Source: Laetmonice hystrix
Taxonomy: Eukaryota
DNA: 64,000 nt
Reading direction: 5' to 3'
Assembly (NCBI GenBank): GCA_965235115.1
Contig: OZ249436.1
Location: 55,554,001-55,618,000, forward strand
Shown here: positions 1 through 12,500 of the stretch, one piece after another
Layout: each line of letters opens with the position of its first letter
Position numbering within the stretch: the first letter of the stretch is position 1
The notes under the pieces: generated by a model
Seen by the model: the letters and a program-made list of their open reading frames with translations, nothing else
The model's database searches: none
What the model was told of the DNA's origin: nothing
Made by a program: the position numbers and the translations under genes

Positions 1-1496
1 TTTGGTATTCGTGCTTGTATTCGGTCTTTAACTTCATTTACAATTATTAGGTTCGTAAGACTGGTTTGGTGACTGAACACACGTCAGATTGTGTGACCTC
101 CAGTGCCAAAGAGCGTCTGTTGGAAGCAGCAACTAGTAATCTTGTTACCGGCGACTTTTTATTATCACATAGATCGTCCACAGCGTCCATGGATTGAAGA
201 TGTTTAAACTGCGAACAATTTCAATAGCCTAAAATTGGTTGTGCGACTGTAATATGCTGTGACATGATTACAAAGGATTTATCTGCGTCTTTTGCTCTTA
301 ACTTGCTATGTCATGATAAATAGTGATGTTTACCTGAAATATTGGCACTGGCTGCTCTGACGGGCGTATACAGTATGCCGAAGTTTATCAATAGTTCAAT
401 AGGTGGCGCTCTAATCGATTTCCAAAGCCACCTCTGCCTATGCCCACACACACCAACCAATGTTGTAGATCCTTTATGATGAGTTAGTAAATACTATTGA
501 AGTATTCGATGACACTTGTTAAAGCCATCCGTATGCCATATTGATGGTCGGACACCTTTCGATAGGTTTGGATTCGTGTTCAAGTTTGCACCAGTACGTC
601 TGTTGAATATAATATATCAAGTTTTTGTAGCAGATGTATGTAAAATACCAGCAAACATGGGGGCAATTCCGGACAGACAACAACAGCGTTGATGCTGATT
701 TTATCGGCAAGGTTCCAGCCCAAGCACTCGTCAGTGCCATGCATAAATAATAGTTCGTCCGAACGGGGGTCCCCGCGTGCATTGTGCACTGGGTCATCCG
801 AAGATCTGTCTTAAAGGCAATTGATTTATTAAGATATGACAAAAAATAGAATAATTGTGATAATGGAAATAGCTGAAGTCAGCATCTCATGCAGCGAGAG
901 AATGCAATCCGTGTCTAAATGCTGATGGCTGGACACTTCTGCCGTGGCGAGTTCACACGAGAAAACATGGGCCACCGTCATCTCAGATTGGGCCACGTCA
1001 CGTCCGGCCGCAGCGCGTCCATGCACTCACAGGAGACGCCAGACTTCTTCCTCATGGAGCGGTCATCTACTCACCTGTGCAGGTAACGTTAGAGCAATCA
1101 GGCGGAGTTCTAAAGGCATCGACGTCCTCCTGCGAGATCACGTTTTTACGAACCGCGGCCCTGGGCGGTGGATTTTCACCATCAAGTTTTTGGCACTTGA
1201 AAGAGCCGTTGAATATGCGTTCGACTGACGGTCGCATTAGCCTTATCGGAGGAAGTTCGATTGACGGGTAAACATTTGCAATCTGTAATTTAGCCGCGGG
1301 TTTTGCTGACAAGATGCTGTGTTTGTGGTGTGATGTGTGCAACGTCAGCTGCTGCACCGACCGCGGTTGGAACTGTGATGAGGTGGGAGGAGGACTGTGA
1401 GTGAGGTGGCGACGGGTTGCGGCTGTTACTCACGGAGGGCGGGTACCCATCACACGGGACGGACCGGCCTCGGAGACCGGCGGCACTCAAGTCGCC

Positions 1497-1575
1497 ATGT
1501 GCCCGCGGTGGGGATTCGTACCAGTAGTCCTCCTACTGTACCTCTTCCTGAGGACGTCAAACACGAAGACCAGCG
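1497..1575 (+). CDS. CHRNA9/10-like: nAChR exon 1 (signal peptide [26 protein letters not shown])
   Basis: GCCATG Kozak context, hydrophobic core, strong donor G|GTAAGT. Phase 1 joins exon 2 in frame (G+CC = Ala). Less certain because it lies 19.9 kb upstream. Confidence 0.75.
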
Positions 1576-4500
1576 GTAAGTCAATGAGTTTTAATTAGGC
1601 TAATGCGATCGGACTTGTGACATCATCATTGTTGTGTGTATTGCTTCATTCAGGGGCGATGAGTGATTCAATGCGTGATAGCCACACGTAAATCGCCGCA
1701 CGTGACTTTCCATCTACAGTGTACGGTGCATAGAAAGATAAATGGTAGTACGTAGGGCTGAATACAAAGCTATGACGTGACGTTGATCCTTTCAGGATTT
1801 AGGAGACACCGAATAATATTATTGTCTGTTGGATAGGCCTACTGATTCGCAAACGGGCCGATCTACTTGCGTATACACTGGAACCAAATGTATAACTACC
1901 CTAGTTTAAACTGTCGCACGTCGTTCTGGTATAATAATACACACCAACATTCAGAATTGAACATCGATTGTGTTTAAATAGGCCGACTATTCGTGCATGC
2001 CATGTTTGTGAATCAAACAAATTCATAACATTTATACCGGTATGTACAGTGGCTGGGAAAGGACATCATAATTTCTTTTTTTATAACTCGAGCGCTCGAC
2101 TTACTGTAACTCGAGCGCTCGACTTATACCTCGAGCGCTCGACTTATACCTCGAGCGCTCGACTTATAACTCGAGCGCTCGACTTATAACTTATAGCGCT
2201 CGAGTTATAAAAAAGAAATTATTATGTCCTTTCCCAGCCACCGTAGGTATGAAACCAGGGTGTTGTGGAAATTGTAAGAGCAATCAACAAGATGTCCTCA
2301 GCGTGTTCTGTGATTACAGATTGTCCTTTTTTTCCAGACTGGATATTTACATAATGATGGGGCATCCAAGGATGTAGATTATATGGTTTCTAACCATTGC
2401 CATTGCTTGTTTTAAAAAGGTGTGACAGCCAGATATTATAAAAAGAAATTTTAAAAACTTGTTATTGTTGGCAATCTATGCAATTTGACTTTCTTCTCTC
2501 TCTCTGTCTGACAACGTGTAGTAATGATAATCCCTTATATTGCATGCTTACCGAAAGACCGATGGACTGCCTGTCCCTCGAACTTATCCTTCGAGATATG
2601 ATGAACTCAATAAACGTCAAATATATGGTTCGAGGGGTGGGGGAAACTTTATCGTGGATTGTTTTTATTGTGTCACCGCATATAGGATATATGCCACTTT
2701 TCGAACGGAAATTAAACAGGGAGTCGTTGATGCTTCCATAAATACACCCGGATTGTGTATGCAGATTGCATCAGATACGGCCTCATACAACGGGATGAAG
2801 TTTTTCTCAGGGAAAGTCAGTATATTATCACACATCGGGTGCGACTAAAGACCGAAACCGACCGAAACCAACCTGGGTATATACCGAAACCGACCATATA
2901 AAGCTATCCCTAACCCTAACCCTAACCGAAACGCGTTTTTCAGTATGTGAGCAGGTTGAGCTGGACTTAATTGCCATCTGGAGGTCGGTTTCCGTATACA
3001 TTTGTATATACCATGGTCGGTTTCGGTAGGTTTTGGTAGGCCGATTTCGGTCGGTTTTGGTAGGCCAGTTTCGGTCGGGTTTGGTCGGCCAGTTTCGGTC
3101 GGGTTTGGTAGGCCGATTTCGGTCGGTTTTGGTAGGTTTTGGATAACCATCACACAGTGGCTGCCCCTTTCTTTGCCAATACCCCGACGTGTACCTGTGA
3201 GAGCCGGCTAATGCGACCGTGGGCATAAATTAACAATAATATGAATACAGTCTTTGTGATGGTGACTCTAGTGGAATGTCAAACGGGGCCTAAATATGAA
3301 GTGTGATTTGTCAACATTACTCATGGAAACACCATCTTTGAAGGCCAGAAAACGTTATATTAACTCTTTGGTAGAAACAGTCGACATTTTCACACGAGGT
3401 AGCCGGCTTATGGCTGCAGACGTTTGACCACTTGATCCAAGATTGGTGCTAAACTAAGTAGATTATGTTTTGATGCTCGCTTAGATTATTCCCATTAATA
3501 GCGAAGTATACAACATTAACCAACAATTTGGCTATATTAATCAACGTATTTTGGTAAATTTTCTAATTAACCCCAATGTCTTGGTTGACCTAATATAGAT
3601 GGGTTAATACGATTACCAAAACTAGCTTGGTTATTTTACCAAGATCTCGGTCGGACACATATCTACCATGTACACTCTAAAAACAGATTGGTTGAATTTA
3701 CCAATATTGGTTGAAATGTGTCCAACCAATCCAATTGGTTGGACACATCTTAAAACAGATTGGTTAAAATGACAAATATCTTGGTTAATTTCAACCAATC
3801 TGTTTTTAGAGTGTAGATTGGTTAAATTTAACCATTATCCTGGTCATTTTAACCAATCTGTTTTAAGAATGTACCAAAAGAATAAAAGTCCTTTTGTAGC
3901 ATCTAGATGAGAGTAATTTGTAGTCCAGCCTCTGATAAACTATATATCTTCTAGCCTATACTGTTACAACGGCGGTCGGTGTCAAGGGGATGTAGTCTGA
4001 TACAAATGACGCTGAGTCGGAGATATGCTATACGGGCAGTAGATTGTCCCCGGTGTTACCTTTCGCGCCAATAGTGTGCAGTGTTCTGATGTATGACAAA
4101 AGTCCTAGAGTTACATCAGTGTTCTGATGTATGACAAAAGTCCTAGAGTTACATCAGTGTTCTGATGTATGACAAAAGTCCTAGAGTTATATGATGAAGT
4201 TGGCAGCGGATGCACCGAGAGCATATTTTTAGCCACGGATATAACTCATTTTTTATCTTACAACCGATAAATGTACAGTCGATATAGTCGAATGCTCAAA
4301 ATGGGCGTTAATAAAGGAAAGAAAGAAAGAAAGAAGACGGAAGGAATGAATGAATGAAGAAGAAGAAGAAGAAGAAGAAGAAGAAGAAGAAGAAGAAGAG
4401 ATGCCTTTACTAAACGAAACTCGGAAATTGTGAAGATGTAAACGGCAACCCCATTAATCAAGTAGAACAATAATTTAACATGCTTTCCTGTAGATAAAAG

Positions 4501-6523
4501 TTCCCAAGTTGATTGTTCCTGTGCCATTCCCCGGTGCATGACAAGCGACAATATCCAAGAGCAATCATTACTTCCACAGTGCAATCCCAAAGGTAGGAGA
4601 TAATAGCAGGTGGAGAGATCAGCCAGACGGCCGAGGGTTGGGGATGAGTGCAGGGGGTTCTGTCTGTCGGGTAAGGGCATGTCAGCTTCACCTTATATTC
4701 TATTACAGTGATTATAATGACGACCCCAGGGTAGAGGGCAGTGCCCCCCCCCCATCATGCCTTTAATTCTTCTGCATTGTCTGGGAAAGAAGTTGGATTC
4801 TACAGATGAAGCTGGAGCCCTCCACTGCCCTTATTAAAGGTTTAGAAGCATTAAATTTAGGTCCAGAAATCGTTATAATAGTTACATGTAAATACATGTG
4901 AATATGTCAACGAACTTCGTGACAATAAAACCTTTCATGGGGCCTGCGTTACGAAAGAACTGATTTCATTGGCTGAATGGCCTTTGGGTCTCACTGATCT
5001 TGTTTTAGATTTACAGACACCACGTAGTCCAAGGCCATGGCTGTTGGCTGCTCTTCGCTTTCATAAACCAGAGGGGATCTACATTAGACGTGGCCACCCT
5101 TAACAGCTCCGCGGGTGTGGGAGAGCTCATAGAGAATTTATCAAATGGGACGGTTGGCTCGGTTTCAACGCCGATTTCAAACCCCTGTCGCAATGTCTAC
5201 AATGAAATGCCCATATGTGCATAGATTTCGCTAAATCATTGTACAAGACATCGTCTATTCCGAAGGTGATTTTGACTAAGAGGGCCTTTGTTGTAAATTA
5301 AAGCCGTTTCAGGCCCTCCGTCGCCATTTTGAAAGGAAGCCGGTTCCAATTGCACATGCGCAGTACAGAAAAACAACATGGCGGACAGGCGAGCAAGGGT
5401 CATAATTTCTCGATTCGATTACAAAACCAGAAGGAGCGCATAACTTCCTAAACTGTGCGCATCACTCCAACAGGTGTGAAGGAAAGTAATCATGTATTCG
5501 TAGAGATATGACTCGGTGCCGTTTCTTTATTTGAAAGGATTTGAATAATTCTCTATGAGGTCGCCAACGACCCTAACGCGACTGTGTATAGGAGAGAGTC
5601 AACGGCTAGATCTACATGTACGTGTCAGAAAGAACATTTCAATCATTTCACGGGATGTATAGCGTGATCTAGCGCCTTAATTTGCAAATTAATTTGATCT
5701 TGATTATTTTTTTATTCACTACATGTAATCTATTTTTTGGGACCATTTACAGCTCGGTTACAATGAAACATAATGAATCTTTCTGTTGAACAGTCTGGGT
5801 GAGTGGTTACTTGTGTCGATGGTAAGATGGAGTCCAGCGTTTCTATGTTTCATTACCTAAGAAACAATTTGGCCTTGCGCAATCACACATAATTCCTAGG
5901 TGGATTTTCCCATCGTCACTTCAGATAAGCACTGACTGACAAAAACCCAATTAGGGACGAGAGAGGAAAGTACTTTCTTGTGTCTAGATTACTCAAAATG
6001 TAATTACAACTGCAGCAGCCGATGTTTCTGAGCAGCTGTGATGGTTCTAAGATGCTATAGATAAGGACCAGTGAATTGATCTAAGCAAAAACAAAAGCTG
6101 CTTTAGACGGGAGGAGGTGATAAAACAACTAATTGAGCTACAGCTATAGCACCTACCTCTAGTTTGGTAATCAAGAATGAAGTACAGGTACCAGGAGAGT
6201 AGACAATATAATACGGCTGACCTACAAGAACTCCTAATAAATAAAACGAGAAATACAGAGGTAAATCCAGAGGTACATACCATATTTTCCCCAGACCTTA
6301 AAGGAAATATGTCACGGGGGGTATCGACCGAAATCTTCAGTTTTCTGCTTACCTGCTCACCACTGACGTACTTTATGGCACTGATTGTTTTTCATATTGA
6401 TTCTGTCAACACAAAATATTACGAGTAGACAGCTGTGAAATTCTCCCTAATGTAGAAAAATGAATAAAACTAGCTGCAGTGTCCGCAAAGTGCGATGAAT
6501 CTGCAATCTAAGTAAATAACAAA

Positions 6524-6554
<31 letters not shown>

Positions 6555-9500
6555 CAAATCTATAAAATGATAGTGGGACTATAATGGCCCATCCGCCGAT
6601 CGTATGAAAAGGGTGCAAAACACAGCCGGCTGCGAATCCCGGAGTCTTGGAATCTAAGTGTGTCATTTTCAGTGACCGCATTAAGAATTGGCGATTTTTC
6701 TTTACAAAATACCGACCAAAGCTAAATAAACAGGTAGGGGACCTTTGGGGCATATCGGAGAACCGCAATGCAGACATATTTTTGCTGAAACACGACGTAT
6801 TATTTGAAATTCGTGACATATTACCTTTAAGAAACACATTGATGTCGCTATTATCGTTTATACATTTGTTGCGCTTTAATCAACAGTTAAGTACATGCTG
6901 CAAAATGATCAACCATTTTCTATGGTTGCCGGTTAGGGCCACTGACGAAAGTAAATAGGAAATGATGGTTACAAATTTAAAAAACGACGTTTGCAAAAGC
7001 TAAACGGCGAATACGAAATGACGAACGCAAAAAGAAAACGACAAACGCAAACACAGAAACGGTTTTCATGAAAGCAGAACGACGAATACAAATAGAAAAC
7101 GACCAATACAAATTCAAAAACGACGTTCGCAAAACAGAACGACGAATACAATAGCAAAACGACCAATACAATAGCAAAACGACGAACACAAAAGCAAAAC
7201 GAAACGATGTTCACAAAGGAAAATGACGAACGTAAGAAGTTATTGCCGAATTCAAAAGCAATATGATAAAATTACTATCCATGTTCCCGGCCCTCCCGAT
7301 AGGGGTCGCTGGCCCTCATCCACAGAGAGGGCCCACCATTTTAAACAATGCGAGTGTTTCTTCTAACGTATTTCCGGATACGGTGGGGTTCCATTTCGAT
7401 GCATCAGAACGCCAGCGATCCCCACACGAAAGGACTGGAAGCTGCTCACGATTAGTCCGGCTGAAACAAAAGGGTGTCCCCAAGCCATTTTAGGTTTACC
7501 AATAACAGGTTGGTTCTCAAAAGTCGAATGTGACCAATCACAGTCAACGTCTCTATAGCCTGTACCGGTTCGATTATTAACCTAGTATCAGAGCTGGGAA
7601 CCAGCTTAGCAGTATACTCGATCGCCCCTTCAATGCTGTTGATATTAAAGTATTAAGCACCATCACGAAAACGTTTATCAACATAGAAGGACCCTTGAAT
7701 TCTAGGCCTACAAACGAGTACGACATATCTTCAGTCGGTGGAAGATACCTTGTTCATGCAATACTTGAAGTATTGCATTTGAAGATATCTGTAATTGCTG
7801 AATAAAAGTACCAATGGCATCCCATATGGAACAGCCGTTTAGGAGATGAACAATGCACACTGAAGGCCACTGATATTATTTTGCTCCATCCAACCCAACA
7901 GGATTAGGCAATGACTAAGGTAAAAGGTTGCTGTTACACTTACAGAAGACCAATACAAATATGACCATACCAAATATACGAATCTACAAGTAAGACGACT
8001 GCTGAGGTACAGAGATCATGAAGGAGAAGGATGTATTGCTTTATTCGCATAAACGAAACCTGATATTCGATTGTTGATGCACTTCTACATCAGTAAGATT
8101 GAATGTCCAGGCGTATACTGTCTGTAGTTCGAAAGTTCGCCCATTCAACATATTCTTATGAAAGATGATCTCATATTGTGGAGTGTGTGTTGGATTTTAC
8201 GTCCTGCCGGAAACTGTTGGCCATCTTCGGGGGGGGGGGGTTCAGTCAGTTCCTTCCCGAAGACTGGTGGTTTCCTCCGGGTACTCCAGTTTCCTCCACC
8301 AAGAAACACTGACTTTCATTATCATCTTCGCCGCCGTGATATGACCCTGGCTGTTGCACGGCGTAAAACCCCAAATAACCATCTTCAGCTGGTCCGGTTT
8401 CAGAAAGGTTAGCATCTTAACTCAGGATCTTGAGATCTTGAGACTTAAGATCTTGATCTTTCTTAAACCGAGGCCAGGAAGAATTCAATATGTTTTTTTA
8501 TTTCTTCAGTCCCACACCGGGGCAACGTCCTATTCTGTTCTTGAACGTGCAACACTGTATAGACACATGTGTTAACACGCCCAGCTTATCAAGGATGGTT
8601 GTAGTCACAATTGGACTGGGTCTTAAAACCAGGCCGGACATCCTTCACATATACATTCTTTTACCAGGCTTCAGTCCATTTGTCACCCAGCCGGCCAGCC
8701 CACCTGCTCGCCGGGCCCACTGGCCCACCGAGCATTGTCCAGATTCCCATAATGGCCCCTGGTTGTATAGTCAGTCTTGGATCCATGATTTCAGGAAAAG
8801 GGGGCACCTTTTGGTAGCTAATCGGCGGCCCATTGTCGGGGGGTCCAGGGGCCCTCCCCCAGAATTCTTTTCAGGAACGCTGGAGACGTGTTTTCGGAAC
8901 ATAGAGTAGAAATTTCTTCCAACTCTTTTAACGAAATTACATTATTTTTACGCATGAAACATAGAAAATAGGCAAGAGTTTGGAAAATGGGGGGGGGGGG
9001 GCTGAGTCCGCCACTGGTAGTAATAGTACTTTTGTTTTTATTAGGTGGTACAGCAGTAATTACTGTTTTATGACACTAACATGTAGGCCTACCTGGAGGA
9101 TGCTGGAAAAGCTCATGATTCGTTGCTATAAGTGGTAAGCCATAGTGAGATCTAAGCATGTAATCCTGATACCCCATTCCACAACATCATACCATGAGTG
9201 ACCTCAACGGACTGACCAACCCTTGAAAGGTCGCTTTCTCGGGCATCCCTGATACTTGCATGGAGCCGGGCGCCCATCTGGTTGTCAGGTGTCAGCTAGC
9301 CTCAGGGGTTGACAGTATTGACTTATAGAAGGCGCCCATCTGGTTGTCAGGTGTCAGCTAGCCTCAGGGGTTGACAGTATTGACTTATAGAAGGCGCCCA
9401 GCTGGTTGTCAGGTGTCAGCTAGCCTCAGGGGTTGACATTATTGACTTATAGAAGGCGCCCATCTGGTTGTCAGGTGTCAGCTAGCCTCAGGGGTTGACA

Positions 9501-12500
9501 GTATTGACTTATAGAAGGCGCCCAGCTGGTTGTCAGGTGTCAGCTATAGCCTCAGGGGTTGACAGTATTGACTTATAGAAGGCGCCCAGCTGGTTGTCAG
9601 GTGTCAGCTAGCCTCAGGGGTTGACAGTATTGACTTATAGAAGGCGCCCAGCTGGTTGTCAGGTGTCAGCTAGCATCAGGGGTTGACAGTATTGACTTAT
9701 AGAAGGCGCCCAGTTGGTTGTCAGGTGTCAGCTAGCCTCAGGGGTTGACAGTATTGACTTATAGAAGGCGCCCAGTTGGTTGTCAGGTGTCAGCTAGCCT
9801 CAGGGGTTGACAGTATTGACTTATAGAAGGCGCCCAGCTGGTTGTCAGGTGTCAGCTAGCCTCAGGGGTTGACAGTATTGACTTATAGAAGGCGCCCAGT
9901 TGGTTGTCAGGTGTCAGCTAGCCTCAGGGGTTGACAGTATTGACTTATAGAAGGCGCCCAGTTGGTTGTCAGGTGTCAGCTAGCCTCAGGGGTTGACAGT
10001 ATTGACTTATAGAAGGCGCCCAGCTGGTTGTCAGGTGTCAGCTAGCCTCAGGGGTTGACAGTATTGACTTATAGAAGGCGCCCAGCTGGTTGTCAGGTGT
10101 CAGCTAGCATCAGGGGTTGACAGTATTGACTTATAGACGACTCCTACCATGATAGGGAACAATGTGCAAAGGTTTCATCAAGTTACCGTCACGGTTCACG
10201 AGGGGGTTGTACAGGGCTGATTACAGGCGTAGTCACGGTTCACGAGGGGGTTGTACAGGGCTGATTACAGGCGTAGTCACGGTTCACGAGGGGGTTGTAC
10301 AGGGCTGATTACAGGCGTAGTCACGGTTCACGAGGGGGTTGTACAGGGCTGATTACAGGCGTAGTCACGGTTCAAGAGGGGGTTGTACAGGGCTGATTAC
10401 AGGCGTAGTCACGGTTTACGAGGGGGTTGTACAGGGTTGATTACAGGCGTAGTCACGGTTCACGAGGGGGTTGTACAGGGCTGATTACAGGCGTAGTCAC
10501 GGTTCCCGAGGGGGGTTGTACAGGGCTTATTACAGGCGTAGTCACGGTTCACGAGGGGGTTGTACAGGGCTGATTACAGGCGTAGTCACGGTTCATAATG
10601 GGGCTGTACAGAGTTAATAACATGTTTAGTCACGGTTCACGAGGGGATGCAATGTATAAGCTAAAAACACACCGAGGCAGGATTATACATAATTTTACGT
10701 TGGCGAGGTCTATGTCGAATGTAGCAGAAAGTAAAAAGTGTTATAGCTGAGTGTCTTGTGGCTAATCACGTTCGTCGGGAGCGGTCATGCAGGCCGCACG
10801 CAGTAGAGACTCAAGGTGGACACAGACAGTGTTAATGGCGAGATATCGTATCCATCTACAGGACAATATGCAAACCAAGGACAAAATCCATTATTCAAAC
10901 GTGACAAAAAATAACACCCACCACATGAAGTCCACAGCGATGATTGTAAGTACGCGCGTATAGGGTTACACTCTGTAAACTTACGGACGTGAGGGGTCCT
11001 GGTCACGGCGCCACAATATTGCCAACATCACCAATTGTGCGCTAAGAATGATGTGCGCCGAATCACGTTCTTTCTCAGCAAATATAGGCATTGATAACGT
11101 CGTGTTGTAGTATTACGGTCCATGTCATACTGATCTGTAGGAACAGTGGGCAGGAATACTACCATTGTCATGGCGCTGTCATGTAACGCTTCTGAATTGT
11201 TTAGCAAACATAATAATACATCAACAACGACTCGGATAGTTCATAAGTTAATTCTCTCAAGCCGAAGGTGTCTGATAAGCGGTCATTATTGTACTATAAT
11301 ACACTGTTTTCTAGGGGTTTGTTTTAATCAGAAAGAAATGTAAGTTACATAAGTAGGGCTCATCACTGGTAGCCTACTACACATCTAGAGATCTAATCAT
11401 ATATTTTTATAAATTCAAATCCTTGTACAAGAGTACAACGTTGGGTAGATATAAGCCTGCATCTCTCAGCGAGGTCCAGATGTTTTTTGTGCTTATATAC
11501 ATGGGGTGAAACCGACACCTGTCGCGAACTCGCTTCGAAATGCAATATCAGATACTTTAGCACACTACTCACCCATCAACAATATGATTAATTAATCCCT
11601 CTGGTCCGCGTATTACAAGCGCACTTTTTGTTCTAATAACTGCACTCGAAGTGGACGGGAGAACGCACTGTTAACTTCGCAGCGTGTGTTCAAACGGATC
11701 TTAAAGTCTCGCGAGAGTGACCAGATGAGCGGCACCGGAAAAACACTCATTTCACCAAAAGTGAACTTTGTATTCGATACAGAACGAAAAATGTTATATG
11801 CTGACCTATAGATAGATCGCATGTGTGCCGGGGGGGGGGGGCAGAGATATGTGGAGTAGGCCTATACATTAAACCTTTTCTTGAAGGGATGCTTATATTC
11901 ACAATGGAAACCCCACCCTTCGGCATAGATCCCTATATTCCGAGCGAGACTACACTTCAGAATAGTTCTACCTGTTCTATATCATTAATCAGCCATACAT
12001 TTTGTATTTGGCTACAGGCTAGTAATGTGAACATCGCATGAGTGGCTAATATTTACACAGGTCCCTCCTTAGCCATTTGGAACCGTACGTGTGATCGGCC
12101 GAGTTGGCGGCCCAAACTTTATCTGTGACACAGCCTGATCGTGCCCCTTGCTGATCGATATTCGGCTGTCCAGACTCCGTGTAGCTGACTGTCGAAATAT
12201 CAGTTTTAATTCAGGCAGATTAAGAGGCTCCAGTGGGAGTTCTGGTTCCACGGGTGGAAGGAATCAGAGGGCGGTCTGGCTATCGGACCACAGCCATCGG
12301 CAGACCCAAACTATGGACATTTTAAACCAGCCGTTTCCGGTTATTGAATTAACTCGGAGATCCTGGTGGTGATCAGGCCGTTCACATTCCATATGGTGTG
12401 GGTTGGTGTAACAGTCGCTGGGTGTTTATTTGGTCTCAGTTGGTGGAACCACTTTAATTGATGGTACTCCAAGGGTGTCTGGCTGTCGACCTGGACCTCA

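Noticed and set aside
2828..3226. Repetitive ORFs (PTKPDRN / PKPTEIG)
   Set aside because: Translations of transposon subterminal repeats, open in several frames on both strands.
9269..10646. CRISPR-like appearance of the regular repeats
   Set aside because: Units are contiguous with no unique spacers, there are no cas genes, and the context is a eukaryotic intron.
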